A DNA stretch of 64,000 nt from an uncultured Pseudomonadota bacterium (GTDB taxonomy: Bacteria; Oederibacteriota; Muellerivitia; Muellerivitales; Muellerivitaceae). Location: positions 50,025 to 114,024 of the forward strand of contig CAWIIP010000002.1 in the NCBI GenBank assembly GCA_963836235.1, read 5' to 3'. The translations under genes were made by a program, and so were the position numbers. Numbering within the stretch: the first letter of the stretch is position 1; the number at the start of each line of letters is the position of its first letter. Under the pieces are notes generated by a model. That model was not told the DNA's origin. It did no database searches and saw nothing but the letters and a program-made list of their open reading frames with translations. Below are positions 1 to 9,644 of the stretch, piece by piece.

Positions 1-291
1 ATAAAGATTGGAAAGTCCCAGCTCTTCGCCCAGTCGTTCAGCGCGAATAAGAGGGGTATAACCTTCCTCCAGGGTGTTATAACGATCCCCTTCGATCGGC
101 AGAAACTCCCTGTAACGCCAAATGTTCAAGGCCCGTGAGGCGATCTTTTCCCGGGAAACATCCTTTTTAATTTTGTCGTAATCGTAAGCCGCTTCCAAGG
201 GTCCGAAGCAAAACTCACAGACGTATTTGGCCACCTTTTCATACTCTTGGCCACACTCACGGCATTTCAGCGCTTTCACATAACTCATCAT
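1..291 (-). CDS. Threonine-synthase-family PLP enzyme, N-terminal 97 codons only (gene runs off the left edge)
   Basis: Not in the ORF track because it is edge-truncated. Own reverse-strand translation from ATG 291/288: MMSYVKALKCRECGQEYEKVAKYVCEFCFGPLEAAYDYDKIKKDVSREKIASRALNIWRYREFLPIEGDRYNTLEEGYTPLIRAERLGEELGLSNLY. It has a CxxC-x11-CxxC zinc ribbon and then W-R-Y-x-x-x-LP and EGYTPL motifs, as in long-form ThrC. AGGAG lies just upstream. Confidence 0.6.
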   Translation of the reverse strand, partial: MMSYVKALKCRECGQEYEKVAKYVCEFCFGPLEAAYDYDKIKKDVSREKIASRALNIWRYREFLPIEGDRYNTLEEGYTPLIRAERLGEELGLSNLY

Positions 292-321
292 TTTCTCCTG
301 GCTGCTCCCGAAAGGGCCTTC

Positions 322-355
322 AAAACAAAAAGGCCTCCATCTCGAGATGGAAGCC
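322..355 (-). terminator. Intrinsic terminator, the expression platform of the S-box leader
   Basis: Reverse strand reads GGCTTCCATCTC/GAGATGGAGGCC, a 12-bp stem with one G-U pair, followed by TTTTTGTTTTG. The upstream GAGATGAGAGATGG (373-386) can pair alternatively with CCATCTC, giving anti-terminator logic. Confidence 0.7.
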
Positions 356-371
356 TTTGGTCATTGGGTTT

Positions 372-499
372 TCCATCTCTCATCTCACCCCGGTTTTTTT
401 GATTCAACCGAAGCAGGAATTGGCACCTAACAGTTCCTTACGGAACCTGGTTGCCGTGGCATCGCAGGGCCTGTCCCTCCGCCACTCTGGATAAGAGCG
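372..499 (-). ncRNA. SAM-I (S-box) riboswitch aptamer
   Basis: Reverse strand reads CTCTTATCCAGAGTGGCGGAGGGACAGGCCCTGCGATGCCACGGCAACCAGG..GGTGCCAATTCCTGC..GAGATGAGAG. This matches the conserved S-box core (CTCTTATC-AGAG-GG-GGAGGGA-GGCCC-GA-CC-GGCAACC ... GGTGC-AATTCC-GC ... GA-GAGA). It sits directly 5' of the ThrC-like CDS. Confidence 0.8.
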
Positions 500-550
500 T
501 TAAATTGTTCTGTGATGTTACTAACAGCCGGCGTTCCATGTCAAGCCGCT

Positions 551-1030
551 TTAGTCCGCCGCCACCTCGATCTTGAGTATCTGGTACTGCAAAAGTCCCG
601 CGGGAATTTGGATGTCCACTTTGTCTCCTATCTTTTTACCCATCATTCCCCTGGCGATGGGCGTCCCTAGGGATATCTTGTTCTGCGCGAAGTTGGCTTC
701 TTCTTCCCCAACAATCCGGTAAATTTCTTCCTGTTTGGTCTTCAGGTCTTTGACCGTCACCACGCAACCAATGGAAACATGCTCCCCGGTGATGTTTTCA
801 TCCTCCAATATGCGGGCCCGGGCCAGCTTGTCCTCCAACTCACGGATGCGGGCTTCCAATAAGGCTTGTTCTTGTTTGGCCGCGTCATATTCTGCGTTTT
901 CCTTCAAATCGCCATGGGCACGAGCCTCTTCCAGCGCCTTGGCCACCTGGGGCCGCCGAACCACCTTTAATTTATTGAGCTCGTCCTGGAGTTTATCCCG
1001 GGTTGCCCTTGAGACTAGGAAGTCCGACAT
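551..1030 (-). CDS. greA: Transcription elongation factor GreA (159 aa)
   Basis: MSDFLVSRATRDKLQDELNKL..AHGDLKENAEYDAAKQEQALLEARIRELE.. is a typical GreA N-terminal coiled coil followed by the C-terminal domain. I use the internal ATG at 1030; the track's 1159 start adds a non-GreA extension that overlaps the fur-family gene. Confidence 0.9.
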   Translation of the reverse strand: MSDFLVSRATRDKLQDELNKLKVVRRPQVAKALEEARAHGDLKENAEYDAAKQEQALLEARIRELEDKLARARILEDENITGEHVSIGCVVTVKDLKTKQEEIYRIVGEEEANFAQNKISLGTPIARGMMGKKIGDKVDIQIPAGLLQYQILKIEVAAD

Positions 1031-1052
1031 ATTCTTCTCCTCAACTAAAATA

Positions 1053-1511
1053 TTACTTACCGTTCTTCTGACACTTTTGACACAGCCCATAGAGCTGCAT
1101 ACGATGGGATGTGATCTTAAACCCATGTTTCCGGCTGACTTGTTCCTGAAGCTCCTCAATTTGCGGGTTCAAAAACTCAATGTAAGCTCCGCACTGGTTG
1201 CAAATCATATGGTCATGATGTTGGTGGTTATATTCAGGTTCATATTTGATTCTTCCGTCCCCGAAATCTAGTTCACGGGCCAAACCGCACCGGGTCATAT
1301 GTTTTAAAGTGCGGTAAACCGTGGCAAAACCCACGTGGGATTGTTTTTCACGGGCCTTTCCGAATAACTCCTCAGCTGAAATATGGCCCCGATGGTTCAA
1401 AAAGACCTCTAAAATCAACTCCCGCTGGGCCGTCAGCTTCAGGTCCTTTTCTTTGAGGTATAGCCTAAAAACTTCATACTCATCCCTTTTTGTTTTTAAA
1501 ACACCCTTCAT
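1053..1511 (-). CDS. Fur-family metalloregulator (Fur/Zur/PerR; subtype not resolvable)
   Basis: Winged-helix N-domain (LKLTAQRELILEVF..HISAEEL), an HHHDH cluster, and CNQCG ... CQKC paired CxxC motifs. Confidence 0.85.
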   Translation of the reverse strand: MKGVLKTKRDEYEVFRLYLKEKDLKLTAQRELILEVFLNHRGHISAEELFGKAREKQSHVGFATVYRTLKHMTRCGLARELDFGDGRIKYEPEYNHQHHDHMICNQCGAYIEFLNPQIEELQEQVSRKHGFKITSHRMQLYGLCQKCQKNGK

Positions 1512-1563
1512 AAAAATATCCTTAATTCATTAGCCCACGGGGAAATAAAGTTGTATTGGAAAC

Positions 1564-1998
1564 TCAGTTAAGCATGACCGGCATTAAAACATTAGAACGG
1601 ACGACATGTTGAAAAGCTCCGGCAATATTGTCGGTGACATCGTTTAAGGTTTGCAAGTAATCTTCTTCCACTTCCCTGCTCTCAATCAAAAAAGAGGTTT
1701 TCAAAAGAACGGACAATTGCCCTTTAATCACTTTGGACACTCGAAGCATTTCATTGCGAAAATAGTCTGGATGATCCTTCCGAAGTCTTTTAAGTATCCT
1801 TGGCCGCGTGTATTTTTTTTGGCCAACCGCTATCGAGGCGATCATCTGGGCCAGGTGATTTTCAAGCATAGGCCTGTCCACATGTTGCCCATGGACTAGG
1901 CGTTCAATAATTACTTCAAGGTAAGAAACGTGGGAAAAAAGTTCCCGGTAAAGCTCGAGGAAACTTTCCCGCACATCCGAGTCTTGTGATTGACCCAT
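1564..1998 (-). CDS. Hypothetical protein, 144 aa
   Basis: Clean ORF with an ATG start. No motif recognised. Confidence 0.5.
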   Translation of the reverse strand: MGQSQDSDVRESFLELYRELFSHVSYLEVIIERLVHGQHVDRPMLENHLAQMIASIAVGQKKYTRPRILKRLRKDHPDYFRNEMLRVSKVIKGQLSVLLKTSFLIESREVEEDYLQTLNDVTDNIAGAFQHVVRSNVLMPVMLN

Positions 1999-2084
1999 GG
2001 TATCCCCCGACCGGCTGTTTTAAAAATTATACCCTTTTTAACCTTTTAATCAAAGGGTGGTTCATCATTACCCATGGGGTTTGT

Positions 2085-2615
2085 TTATTCCGCCAAAAGT
2101 TTTTCAATAGCGCCGACAAAATCACCTTCCGGATGAACCCCAACAAAGGACAAAGCGATTTTCCCCGACTTGTCGATGAAAAACGTCGTGGGAATAGGAT
2201 TAATGCCATAGGCTTTCAAGGTCTCCATGCTGGCAAGTCCGATAGGGTATTGGATTTGAAAATCAGAAATAAACTTGAGGAAATACCCATTGGGTTTGCC
2301 ATCATTGCCCTCGACTGAAAGACCCCACAACTCCAAACCTTTGGAATGATAGGCATCGTACATTTTCACCAATGTGGGAATCTCCATTCGACAGGGTCCA
2401 CACCATGTCGCCCAATAGTCCACCACTAATAATTTTCCCTTCATTTGTGCCAAATTCAGACCATTAGGTGCGTTCAAAAAAGAAGCTTGGATTTCGGTGG
2501 CCGGTTCCCGGTTTCCGGGGGAAATCAACTCAACATTGTTCCCGGAGGTCTCATTTGTTCCACAACCAGAAAGGCTCGCCATCATTAAAAGAATGGGAAT
2601 AAAAAAAAATTTCAT
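2085..2615 (-). CDS. TlpA/ResA-like thiol:disulfide oxidoreductase, probable lipoprotein
   Basis: WATWCGPC thioredoxin active site. The N-terminal signal ends in SLSGC, a lipobox-like sequence. Confidence 0.85.
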   Translation of the reverse strand: MKFFFIPILLMMASLSGCGTNETSGNNVELISPGNREPATEIQASFLNAPNGLNLAQMKGKLLVVDYWATWCGPCRMEIPTLVKMYDAYHSKGLELWGLSVEGNDGKPNGYFLKFISDFQIQYPIGLASMETLKAYGINPIPTTFFIDKSGKIALSFVGVHPEGDFVGAIEKLLAE

Positions 2616-2662
2616 TTAAGCCTCTCAATCAAAATTTGAGTTATCAAATTTTCATCAACAAA

Positions 2663-3433
2663 TTAGAAAAAGCTGATGTATTGAACCCGCAAAATTCGCG
2701 AGAATAAATCACTCCGGTTAATATCCCTAAAATCGACGCCTATTCGCAAGGGCGTGTCCACATTGAAGACAACATTGGCGTTGAATTGCCAATAAGCGCT
2801 TAAAAGCTGGTTAAGTTCCAAGTTAAACATCAATGAATGGGCGACCGCAAAGGACGTTCCGAGAAAACCTCCCAAATCCTGGCTTGAATCAAAGTTATCA
2901 AATTTCACCACGTTCATGCCACCATGGAGCTGAAGCCATCCCAGTTCCTGAAACTCATGGCTCCCGACGACGTAAAACCCCTCTTGTGTCCCCGGAAAGA
3001 ACCGGCCATCTTGTACCGTTCCATAGCCCCGATCGTCCCAGGCAACCGCCAAAGCAAGTGGTGAACTTTTTTGGTCCAAAATTTTAAACTTTAGGAACAA
3101 GCGCGGAGTCTGTATCTGAATGGTTCCCTGTCCAACGACGTTGGTAGCGTTTGCGGAAAAACCGAACATGAAAAATTCCTTAAAACCAACATCGGCCCGA
3201 ACGAACAATCCGCCATTTTCATACAGTTCCGTAACCATGTCATATCCGCCATGCATGAGGATGTAAGCTGTGGGGGCTTCCACCATTTCATAGTTCGTGG
3301 GCGAAGAGGCCACATCCGCCTTGGGCCAAGCACAGGAGAAGCAGAGGAGAAAAAAAGAGGTAAGGAAAAGTTTTAAAGGTCTGACGAACGGCCTCCATTT
3401 TTTCAATTTTACGGCCTGAAACTCCGATGTCAA
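2663..3433 (-). CDS. Putative outer-membrane beta-barrel protein
   Basis: Hydrophobic N-terminal signal, alternating beta-strand-like pattern, C-terminal ..RVQYISFF with a terminal aromatic residue. The start codon is TTG and uncertain. Confidence 0.5.
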   Translation of the reverse strand: MTSEFQAVKLKKWRPFVRPLKLFLTSFFLLCFSCAWPKADVASSPTNYEMVEAPTAYILMHGGYDMVTELYENGGLFVRADVGFKEFFMFGFSANATNVVGQGTIQIQTPRLFLKFKILDQKSSPLALAVAWDDRGYGTVQDGRFFPGTQEGFYVVGSHEFQELGWLQLHGGMNVVKFDNFDSSQDLGGFLGTSFAVAHSLMFNLELNQLLSAYWQFNANVVFNVDTPLRIGVDFRDINRSDLFSRILRVQYISFF

Positions 3434-3445
3434 TCAATCGAATTT

Positions 3446-4249
3446 TCAGTATTTTTCAATGAAAATCTTTTCAACCTTGGGAATATGGCGCCCCAAAAAA
3501 CGCTGGGCTTGTTCCTTAAATTTACGAGAAAGGTCACTGACGAAATACTTTCCGCCCCCGTGACCGTTCATTTCGACCCCGTGCATCTCAAGGTTGCGGT
3601 GGAGGCTGCGAGCCGTTTCTTCCGCCGAATCCACGATCTTAACCTTAGGGCCGGCGACTTTGGAAAGGGTTCGTTTTAAAAGCGGATAATGAGTACAACC
3701 CAATACCAGGGTATCGATCTTCGCTTTTAAAAGAGGACTTAGGTACTCACGGGCTACTGCTTCAGTCAAAGGCCCCGTTAGCTTTCCTTCCTCGACCAAT
3801 GGAACAAAAAGTGGACAAGCCTTGGAAAAAACTTTTGCATTGGGCATCAAATGATGAATGGCCTTCAAATATGCTCCGGAAGCGATGGTTCCCTCGGTTC
3901 CAATGACGCCGATGCGCCTATTTCGGGTCACCTCTACCGCTGCGTAAGCTCCCGGCTCGATCACTCCCAGGATGGGAATGGGAAATTCTTTTCGGACGGT
4001 CTCCAAGGCCCAGGCCGAGGAAGTATTGCAGGCCACCACCACGCATTTTACTTTTTGCGCCTTGCGGAAAAAACGAATAATCTGGCGGGCATAACGGATG
4101 ATGGTGTCCGGGCTTTTGGTGCCATAAGGAATACGGGCCGTATCCCCAAAATAAACTAGTTTCTCCCTCGGCAGCTCTTTTTGGATGGCCTTGACGACAG
4201 TCAAGCCGCCCAAACCCGAATCGAAAATGCCGATGGGATAACGCTTCAA
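3446..4249 (-). CDS. murI: Glutamate racemase
   Basis: IGIFDSGLGGLTV, VVACNTSS and LGCTHYPLL motifs. Overlaps the cimA stop by 4 nt. Confidence 0.9.
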   Translation of the reverse strand: MKRYPIGIFDSGLGGLTVVKAIQKELPREKLVYFGDTARIPYGTKSPDTIIRYARQIIRFFRKAQKVKCVVVACNTSSAWALETVRKEFPIPILGVIEPGAYAAVEVTRNRRIGVIGTEGTIASGAYLKAIHHLMPNAKVFSKACPLFVPLVEEGKLTGPLTEAVAREYLSPLLKAKIDTLVLGCTHYPLLKRTLSKVAGPKVKIVDSAEETARSLHRNLEMHGVEMNGHGGGKYFVSDLSRKFKEQAQRFLGRHIPKVEKIFIEKY

Positions 4250-5844
4250 CGAGAAGCTCGTTTGGCACTTTTTTCCCTGCCGCTGTCCTTTAGAAGTTTA
4301 TAGTCGATAGAATCGACTAACGCTTCCCAAGAAGCTTCAATGATGTTTTCAGAGACACCGACCGTTCCCCAGCTGTCCTTTTGGTCCCGGCTTTCGATTA
4401 AAACCCGCACCTTGGCCGCCGTACCTTCCTTGGCGTCCAGGACACGCACCTTGAAATCGGTCAAATGGACGTCCTGAAGGCTGGGATAAAACTTAGTGAG
4501 CGCTTTCCGTAACGCCTGGTCCAAGGCATTAATGGGGCCATCTCCTTCGCCCACCGTGTTTTCTAAAACGCCGTTGACCCTCAATTTAATGGTCGCTTCA
4601 CTGACCAATTTCCCGTCACCCCGATTTTCCACGATGACACGGAATCCCACGAGATCGAAAAAGTTGCGGTGTTGGCCGAGGGCCTTTTTCATGAGAATTT
4701 CAAAAGAGGCCTTGGCCCCCTCGAATTGGTACCCTTCGTTTTCCATTTGTTTGACTTTATCGACAACCGACTTGGCCTCATCCTTGTCTTTCAAATGGAT
4801 ATGGCTGTCCCCCGCCTTGTGGAGAACCACCGCGAGCCCCGCCTGGTCGGACATTAGAAGATTCCGGACATTTCCCACCAGTTCGGGATTGATATGCTCA
4901 TAGGACTTGGAGGCCTTTTTAACCGCCGCGATATGAACCCCCGCCTTATGGGCAAAGGCGCTCTTGCTGACATAAGGGGCATTTTCCCTCGGATGCATAT
5001 TGCAGATTTCATCCACCAGCCGGGAAGTCTCCGTCAATTTATCCAGATGAATGGGCTTGATGAAACCATAGCCATATTTCAATACGAGGTTGGGGATCAG
5101 GGATGTCAGGTTAACATTGCCCGTTCGTTCGCCATACCCGTTGACGCAACCCTGGATTTGGGTGGCTCCAGCCGCAACCGCGGCCAGGCTATTGGCAACC
5201 GCAAGGTCGCTGTCATTGTGGCAATGGATTCCCAATATCGCTTGAGGAAACCGTTGGCTGACACGAGTGACAACCGCCTCAATGTCCTCGGGAAGTCCTC
5301 CCCCATTGGTATCGCAAAGCACCAGGCAATCCGTGCCACCCGCAATGGCCGCTTCCAGGCATTTCAAGGCATACTCGGGATTGGATTTATAGCCGTCAAA
5401 AAAATGCTCAGCGTCGTAAAACATTTCCTTAAATTTGGATTTGAGAAATTTCACCGAGTCATAAATGAGTTCCAGGTTCTCCTCGCGAGAAATTTTTAAG
5501 GTGTGGTCAACATGAAAATCCCAACTTTTCCCAAAAATCGTCACCGTAGAGGTGCCCGCTTTGACTAGATTCAGGAGCACCGGGTCTTTCGAAGCCTTGT
5601 TTTTAGCGCGGCGGGTCATCCCAAAAACCGACAGCTTGGCGTTTTTCAGTTTGAGCTTTTTGGCTTCCTTGAAGAAAGCGTCATCCTTGGGGTTGGCCCC
5701 GGGCCACCCGCCTTCAATATAGTGTAATCCCAGTTCATCCAGTACCTGGGCCAGGCGCAGCTTGTCCTTGACCGATAGGTTGATCCCTTGGGTCTGAGAA
5801 CCTTCCCGCAAGAGGGCGTCATAAAGAACTAACTTTTTATCCAC
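4246..5844 (-). CDS. cimA: (R)-citramalate synthase (LeuA-related family)
   Basis: 532 aa. The N-terminal LYDALLREGSQTQGINLSVKDKL..IEGGWPGANPKD and HCHND motifs, plus the size, fit the CimA/LeuA_rel group rather than canonical LeuA. GTG start overlaps the lysC end by 8 nt. Confidence 0.7.
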   Translation of the reverse strand: MDKKLVLYDALLREGSQTQGINLSVKDKLRLAQVLDELGLHYIEGGWPGANPKDDAFFKEAKKLKLKNAKLSVFGMTRRAKNKASKDPVLLNLVKAGTSTVTIFGKSWDFHVDHTLKISREENLELIYDSVKFLKSKFKEMFYDAEHFFDGYKSNPEYALKCLEAAIAGGTDCLVLCDTNGGGLPEDIEAVVTRVSQRFPQAILGIHCHNDSDLAVANSLAAVAAGATQIQGCVNGYGERTGNVNLTSLIPNLVLKYGYGFIKPIHLDKLTETSRLVDEICNMHPRENAPYVSKSAFAHKAGVHIAAVKKASKSYEHINPELVGNVRNLLMSDQAGLAVVLHKAGDSHIHLKDKDEAKSVVDKVKQMENEGYQFEGAKASFEILMKKALGQHRNFFDLVGFRVIVENRGDGKLVSEATIKLRVNGVLENTVGEGDGPINALDQALRKALTKFYPSLQDVHLTDFKVRVLDAKEGTAAKVRVLIESRDQKDSWGTVGVSENIIEASWEALVDSIDYKLLKDSGREKSAKRASR

Positions 5845-7072
5845 GGACTCCCGCCACTTTCTTTCCTAAGTTAAATTTTTGATGAATGGCTGAAACCGCC
5901 TTCGCCACATCCTTCTCATTGATGACGACGGATATTCTGATTTCCGATGTGGAAATCATTTGGATATTCACTTCTTTCTCAGCTAGGGCTTTGAACATTT
6001 TTGCCGCAACACCGGAATGAGACCGCATTCCCACACCCACCACCGACACCTTGGCGATATGCTCGTCGGAAATAATGCCTGCGGGCTTGAGTATCTTCGA
6101 TGCCTCATTGACCACTTTCATGGTCTTTTTGAGTTCCGACCGCTCCACGGTGAAGGACACGTCCGAATGGCCTTTCTCTCCAATGTTTTGGATGATCATG
6201 TCAACATTGACGCCGGCAGCTCCCAGCTTTGAAAAAAGGATGGAGGCGACTCCGGGCCGATCCGGCACACCTCTCACGGTAACTTTAGCCTCGCTCTTAT
6301 TATAGGTCACCCCGCTGATGACCACCTTTTCCATAGCTTTTGTTTCCTGCATGACGATCGTCCCTTCTTTTTCATTGAATGTCGGCCTCACATGAATCTT
6401 AATGCCGAAGTTTTTCGCGAATTCCACAGACCTGGCATTCAGCACCTGCGCTCCCGCACTGGCCATTTCCAACATCTCATCATAACTGACCAAAGAAAGC
6501 TTCTTGGCGTCCTTCACGATATGGGGATTGGCCGTGAAAACACCATCGACATCTTTATAAAACTCACAGACATCGGCTTTCAAGGCCGCAGCAATCGCAA
6601 CTGCCGTCAAATCGCTCCCGCCCCGGCCCAAAGTGGTAATTTCATTGTCTTTGTTCATCCCCTGGAAACCAGCCACCACGACGACTTTGCCCTGAGAAAG
6701 GGCCTTCCGGATGGTGGTATCGCCCACCTTCACGATGCGCGCCTTGGTATGGGCATTATCCGTCACGATGCCCACCTGGTGGCCCGTAAAGGAAATGGCA
6801 TCACATCCGCAAGACTGTATAGCCAGTGCCAAAAGGGCGATGGCTTGTTGTTCCCCCGTGGCCAAAAGAACGTCCATTTCTCTTTCATCAGGACTCTCGG
6901 TGATCTTGTGAGCCAGGGTAATCAGGTCGTCCGTGGTGTCCCCAGGCGCCGATACGACGACGACTACCTGGTGTCCGCTTTTCCGGGCTTTGGCAATACG
7001 CCGGGCTACTTCCAACATTTTGGAAGCGTCGGCTACCGACGACCCGCCAAATTTTTGGACAATCAATGCCAT
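5837..7072 (-). CDS. lysC: Aspartate kinase, monofunctional with ACT domains
   Basis: MALIVQKFGGSSVAD..VVVVSA.GDTTD and a C-terminal pair of ACT-like segments. Confidence 0.9.
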   Translation of the reverse strand: MALIVQKFGGSSVADASKMLEVARRIAKARKSGHQVVVVVSAPGDTTDDLITLAHKITESPDEREMDVLLATGEQQAIALLALAIQSCGCDAISFTGHQVGIVTDNAHTKARIVKVGDTTIRKALSQGKVVVVAGFQGMNKDNEITTLGRGGSDLTAVAIAAALKADVCEFYKDVDGVFTANPHIVKDAKKLSLVSYDEMLEMASAGAQVLNARSVEFAKNFGIKIHVRPTFNEKEGTIVMQETKAMEKVVISGVTYNKSEAKVTVRGVPDRPGVASILFSKLGAAGVNVDMIIQNIGEKGHSDVSFTVERSELKKTMKVVNEASKILKPAGIISDEHIAKVSVVGVGMRSHSGVAAKMFKALAEKEVNIQMISTSEIRISVVINEKDVAKAVSAIHQKFNLGKKVAGVRG

Positions 7073-7122
7073 TCTTCACCTTTATAAATTTTTAATTCAC
7101 AATCAAAACTAAAATCCTCAAT

Positions 7123-8184
7123 TTACAACTTGAGGGCCCTGAGGATTTCTCCCATATCAGGCTTGATGACCGTGGGTTTATTGCTTCTCAAAATCGCCGT
7201 ATCGGGATCTTTTAAGCCGTGGCCCGTCAAGGTACAAACAATTCTTCTTTTGCCGTCGATGAAATACCCTTCTTTGTTTTTCTTAATGACTCCGGCTAAC
7301 GAGGCGGCCGAAGCCGGTTCGCAAAAGATACCTTCCATGGCCGCCAACATCTCGTAAGCCAAAAGAATTTCCTCGTCTGTTACAGCCTCGATCAAACCGC
7401 GGGACTCGTTCCGGGCCGCCTCGGCGGCCTTCCAAGAAAAAGGATTCCCAATTTTAATGGCGGTGGCAATGGTATGGGGATTCTCAATGACCCTCTGTTC
7501 GACGATAGGAGCCGACCCCGCCGCCTGGAACCCACACATGCGGGGCAGTTGGGTGGAAAGGCCCTTCAGTTTATATTCCTTATACCCTTTCCAGTAAGCG
7601 GTGATATTCCCGGCGTTACCCACGGGGATAGCGTGATATTCGGGAGCGTCCCCGATGGTGTCGACAATCTCGAAAGCCGCTGTTTTTTGACCTTCCAAAC
7701 GGTAGGGGTTGTTGGAATTGACCATGGTAATGGGATGTTCCTCCGCCAATTCGCGGGTCAATTTCAGGGCCTGGTCGAAGCTTCCCTCGACCGCCAAAAC
7801 CTTCGCCCCGTAAATCATGGACTGGGCCAGTTTGCCCAAGGCGATGGAACCGTGGGGCAAGAGAACCGCACAGGAAATGCCCGCGTGGGCCGAATAGGCC
7901 GCAGCGGCCGCGGAAGTATTTCCGGTGGAAGCGCAAATGACGGCCTTGGCACCCTCCTCGACCGCTTTGGACATGGCCATGGTCATGCCCCGGTCCTTAA
8001 AGGAACCGGTGGGATTAAGGCCCTCGAACTTCAAATAGATATTAAGGCCATTCCCGAGTTTCTTGGAAATGTTTTTGGCGTGGATGAGCGGGGTGTCGCC
8101 CTCTTTCAAGGTGATGACGGGCGTTTTTTCCGTAACCGGCAAATAGGCCCGGTATTCCTCAATAACACCCTTCCAATAAGGCAT
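7123..8184 (-). CDS. thrC: Threonine synthase (short form, 353 aa)
   Basis: LKEGDTPL, NPTGSFKDRG (PLP lysine) and ASTGNTSAAAAAY motifs. Confidence 0.9.
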   Translation of the reverse strand: MPYWKGVIEEYRAYLPVTEKTPVITLKEGDTPLIHAKNISKKLGNGLNIYLKFEGLNPTGSFKDRGMTMAMSKAVEEGAKAVICASTGNTSAAAAAYSAHAGISCAVLLPHGSIALGKLAQSMIYGAKVLAVEGSFDQALKLTRELAEEHPITMVNSNNPYRLEGQKTAAFEIVDTIGDAPEYHAIPVGNAGNITAYWKGYKEYKLKGLSTQLPRMCGFQAAGSAPIVEQRVIENPHTIATAIKIGNPFSWKAAEAARNESRGLIEAVTDEEILLAYEMLAAMEGIFCEPASAASLAGVIKKNKEGYFIDGKRRIVCTLTGHGLKDPDTAILRSNKPTVIKPDMGEILRALKL

Positions 8185-8185
8185 A

Positions 8186-9508
8186 TTATTCTCCCCGGTC
8201 CATGCGGATAAGGAGGGTCTCTTCCTGGATGAAGGGTAGACCGTTGATCTTCTTCAGTGCGTCTTGCACGTTTTTCTCAACCGCCTCGTAAGTAACGATG
8301 ACGACCGGTACTTTATCGCCCTTCTTTTGTTCTTTTTGGATGACGGAAGCGATGGAAATTTGGTGCTCGCCCAGGATACGGGAAATCGCCGACAGCACGC
8401 CCGCCTGGTCCAAGACGGAAAACTTCAGATAATAACGGGACTTGATATCACCCATTTTCTTGATGCGCTTGATTTGGGGGTTGTCCGATAGGAACCAGCA
8501 ATTGGAAATCTCGCCCGCCACGTTGTCATGGACGCTCCGGCAGACGTAAATCAGGTCGCTCATCACCGCCGAGGCCGTGGGTTTGTTTCCCGCGCCCAGG
8601 CCGTAATACATAGTGGACCCCACGAAATCGCCCGTGACGAGGACGCCGTTATACTCGCCGTCGACCTTGGCTAAAAGATGGTCTTCCGGGATCAGGGTTG
8701 GGTTGACCCGGACTTCCAATTCATCTCCATCCACTTCAGCGATGGCGAAAAGTTTTACCACCCGTCCGAACTCCTCCTTGGCAAACTCAATATCCTGAAG
8801 AGTGATCCGTTCGATGCCTTCGACGTAAATGTCCTCCACTTTGACCCTTTTGGAAAAAGCCAAGGAAGCCAAGATCGCCAGCTTGTGGGCCGCGTCCATG
8901 CCGTTGATGTCCAGCGTCGGATCGGCCTCGGCCAAACCCTTCTTTTGGGCCATCTGCAGGGCCTCTTTAAAAGATTTCTTTTCCTCGGTCATTTTCTGGA
9001 GGATGAAGTTAGTGGTTCCGTTCACGATACCGTAAATAGAAGTGATGTTGTTCGGCGCCAATCCATCGTTGATGGCCTGGATGACGGGGATACCCCCGCA
9101 AACCGCCGCCTCAAAGTAAATATCCACTTTATGTTGGCGGGCGGTCTGGATGATCTCATCCCAATGCACGGACAGGACCGCCTTGTTCGCGGTTACGATA
9201 TGCTTGCCCCTGCCCATGGCCTCCAAAAGATAGGACCGTGCGGGTTCATAGCCCCCCATCAGTTCCAGAACCACGTCGATTTCGGGGTCGTTCAGGATGT
9301 CTTCGTAATTGGTCGTCAGCATGCCCTCGGGCACGGTAACTTCCCGCTGCTTCGTCAGGTCCTTGACCATCATCCTTTTGATGCGGATTTGAGCCCCGAT
9401 TTTGGCCTCAATGAGTGTTCGGTTTTTCTCCAGCAGGCGGTAAACCCCCTGCCCGACGTTGCCGAAACCGATCATGCCGATTTGAATGATAGATTTTCCG
9501 TCCGCCAT
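8186..9508 (-). CDS. hom: Homoserine dehydrogenase with C-terminal ACT domain
   Basis: IGMIGFGNVGQGV Rossmann motif, core NGTTNFIL, and an ACT tail. I use the ATG at 9508, which has GGAGAGAG upstream, rather than the track start at 9583. Confidence 0.85.
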   Translation of the reverse strand: MADGKSIIQIGMIGFGNVGQGVYRLLEKNRTLIEAKIGAQIRIKRMMVKDLTKQREVTVPEGMLTTNYEDILNDPEIDVVLELMGGYEPARSYLLEAMGRGKHIVTANKAVLSVHWDEIIQTARQHKVDIYFEAAVCGGIPVIQAINDGLAPNNITSIYGIVNGTTNFILQKMTEEKKSFKEALQMAQKKGLAEADPTLDINGMDAAHKLAILASLAFSKRVKVEDIYVEGIERITLQDIEFAKEEFGRVVKLFAIAEVDGDELEVRVNPTLIPEDHLLAKVDGEYNGVLVTGDFVGSTMYYGLGAGNKPTASAVMSDLIYVCRSVHDNVAGEISNCWFLSDNPQIKRIKKMGDIKSRYYLKFSVLDQAGVLSAISRILGEHQISIASVIQKEQKKGDKVPVVIVTYEAVEKNVQDALKKINGLPFIQEETLLIRMDRGE

Positions 9509-9612
9509 AAACTCTCTCTCCATGCTTTTATAAAAAACTTCATCCCCTACGCAAAGGCTTCGGGGATTAGGCAACCTCTTCACAAAAATATGGACTGTTG
9601 CCTAAATAGCAA

Positions 9613-9644
9613 AACGCCCCGTGCTTGCGAAAAGCCGGGGCGTT
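9613..9644 (-). terminator. Probable intrinsic terminator after the aminotransferase unit
   Basis: 9-bp GC-rich stem AACGCCCCG / CGGGGCGTT with a 14-nt loop. On the minus strand it is followed by TTGCTATTT. It lies in the 206-nt gap between the aminotransferase stop and the hom start. Confidence 0.5.

Noticed and set aside
551-1159. N-terminal extensions in track ORFs (greA to 1159, hom to 9583, PfkB to 13093, mreC to 18092, 13047 ORF to 13595, xylanase to 50652, 43700 ORF to 44854, 60237 ORF to 60689, giant gene to 57897)
   Set aside because: Internal starts have better SD sequences. They restore canonical N-termini or signal peptides and remove overlaps with upstream genes.
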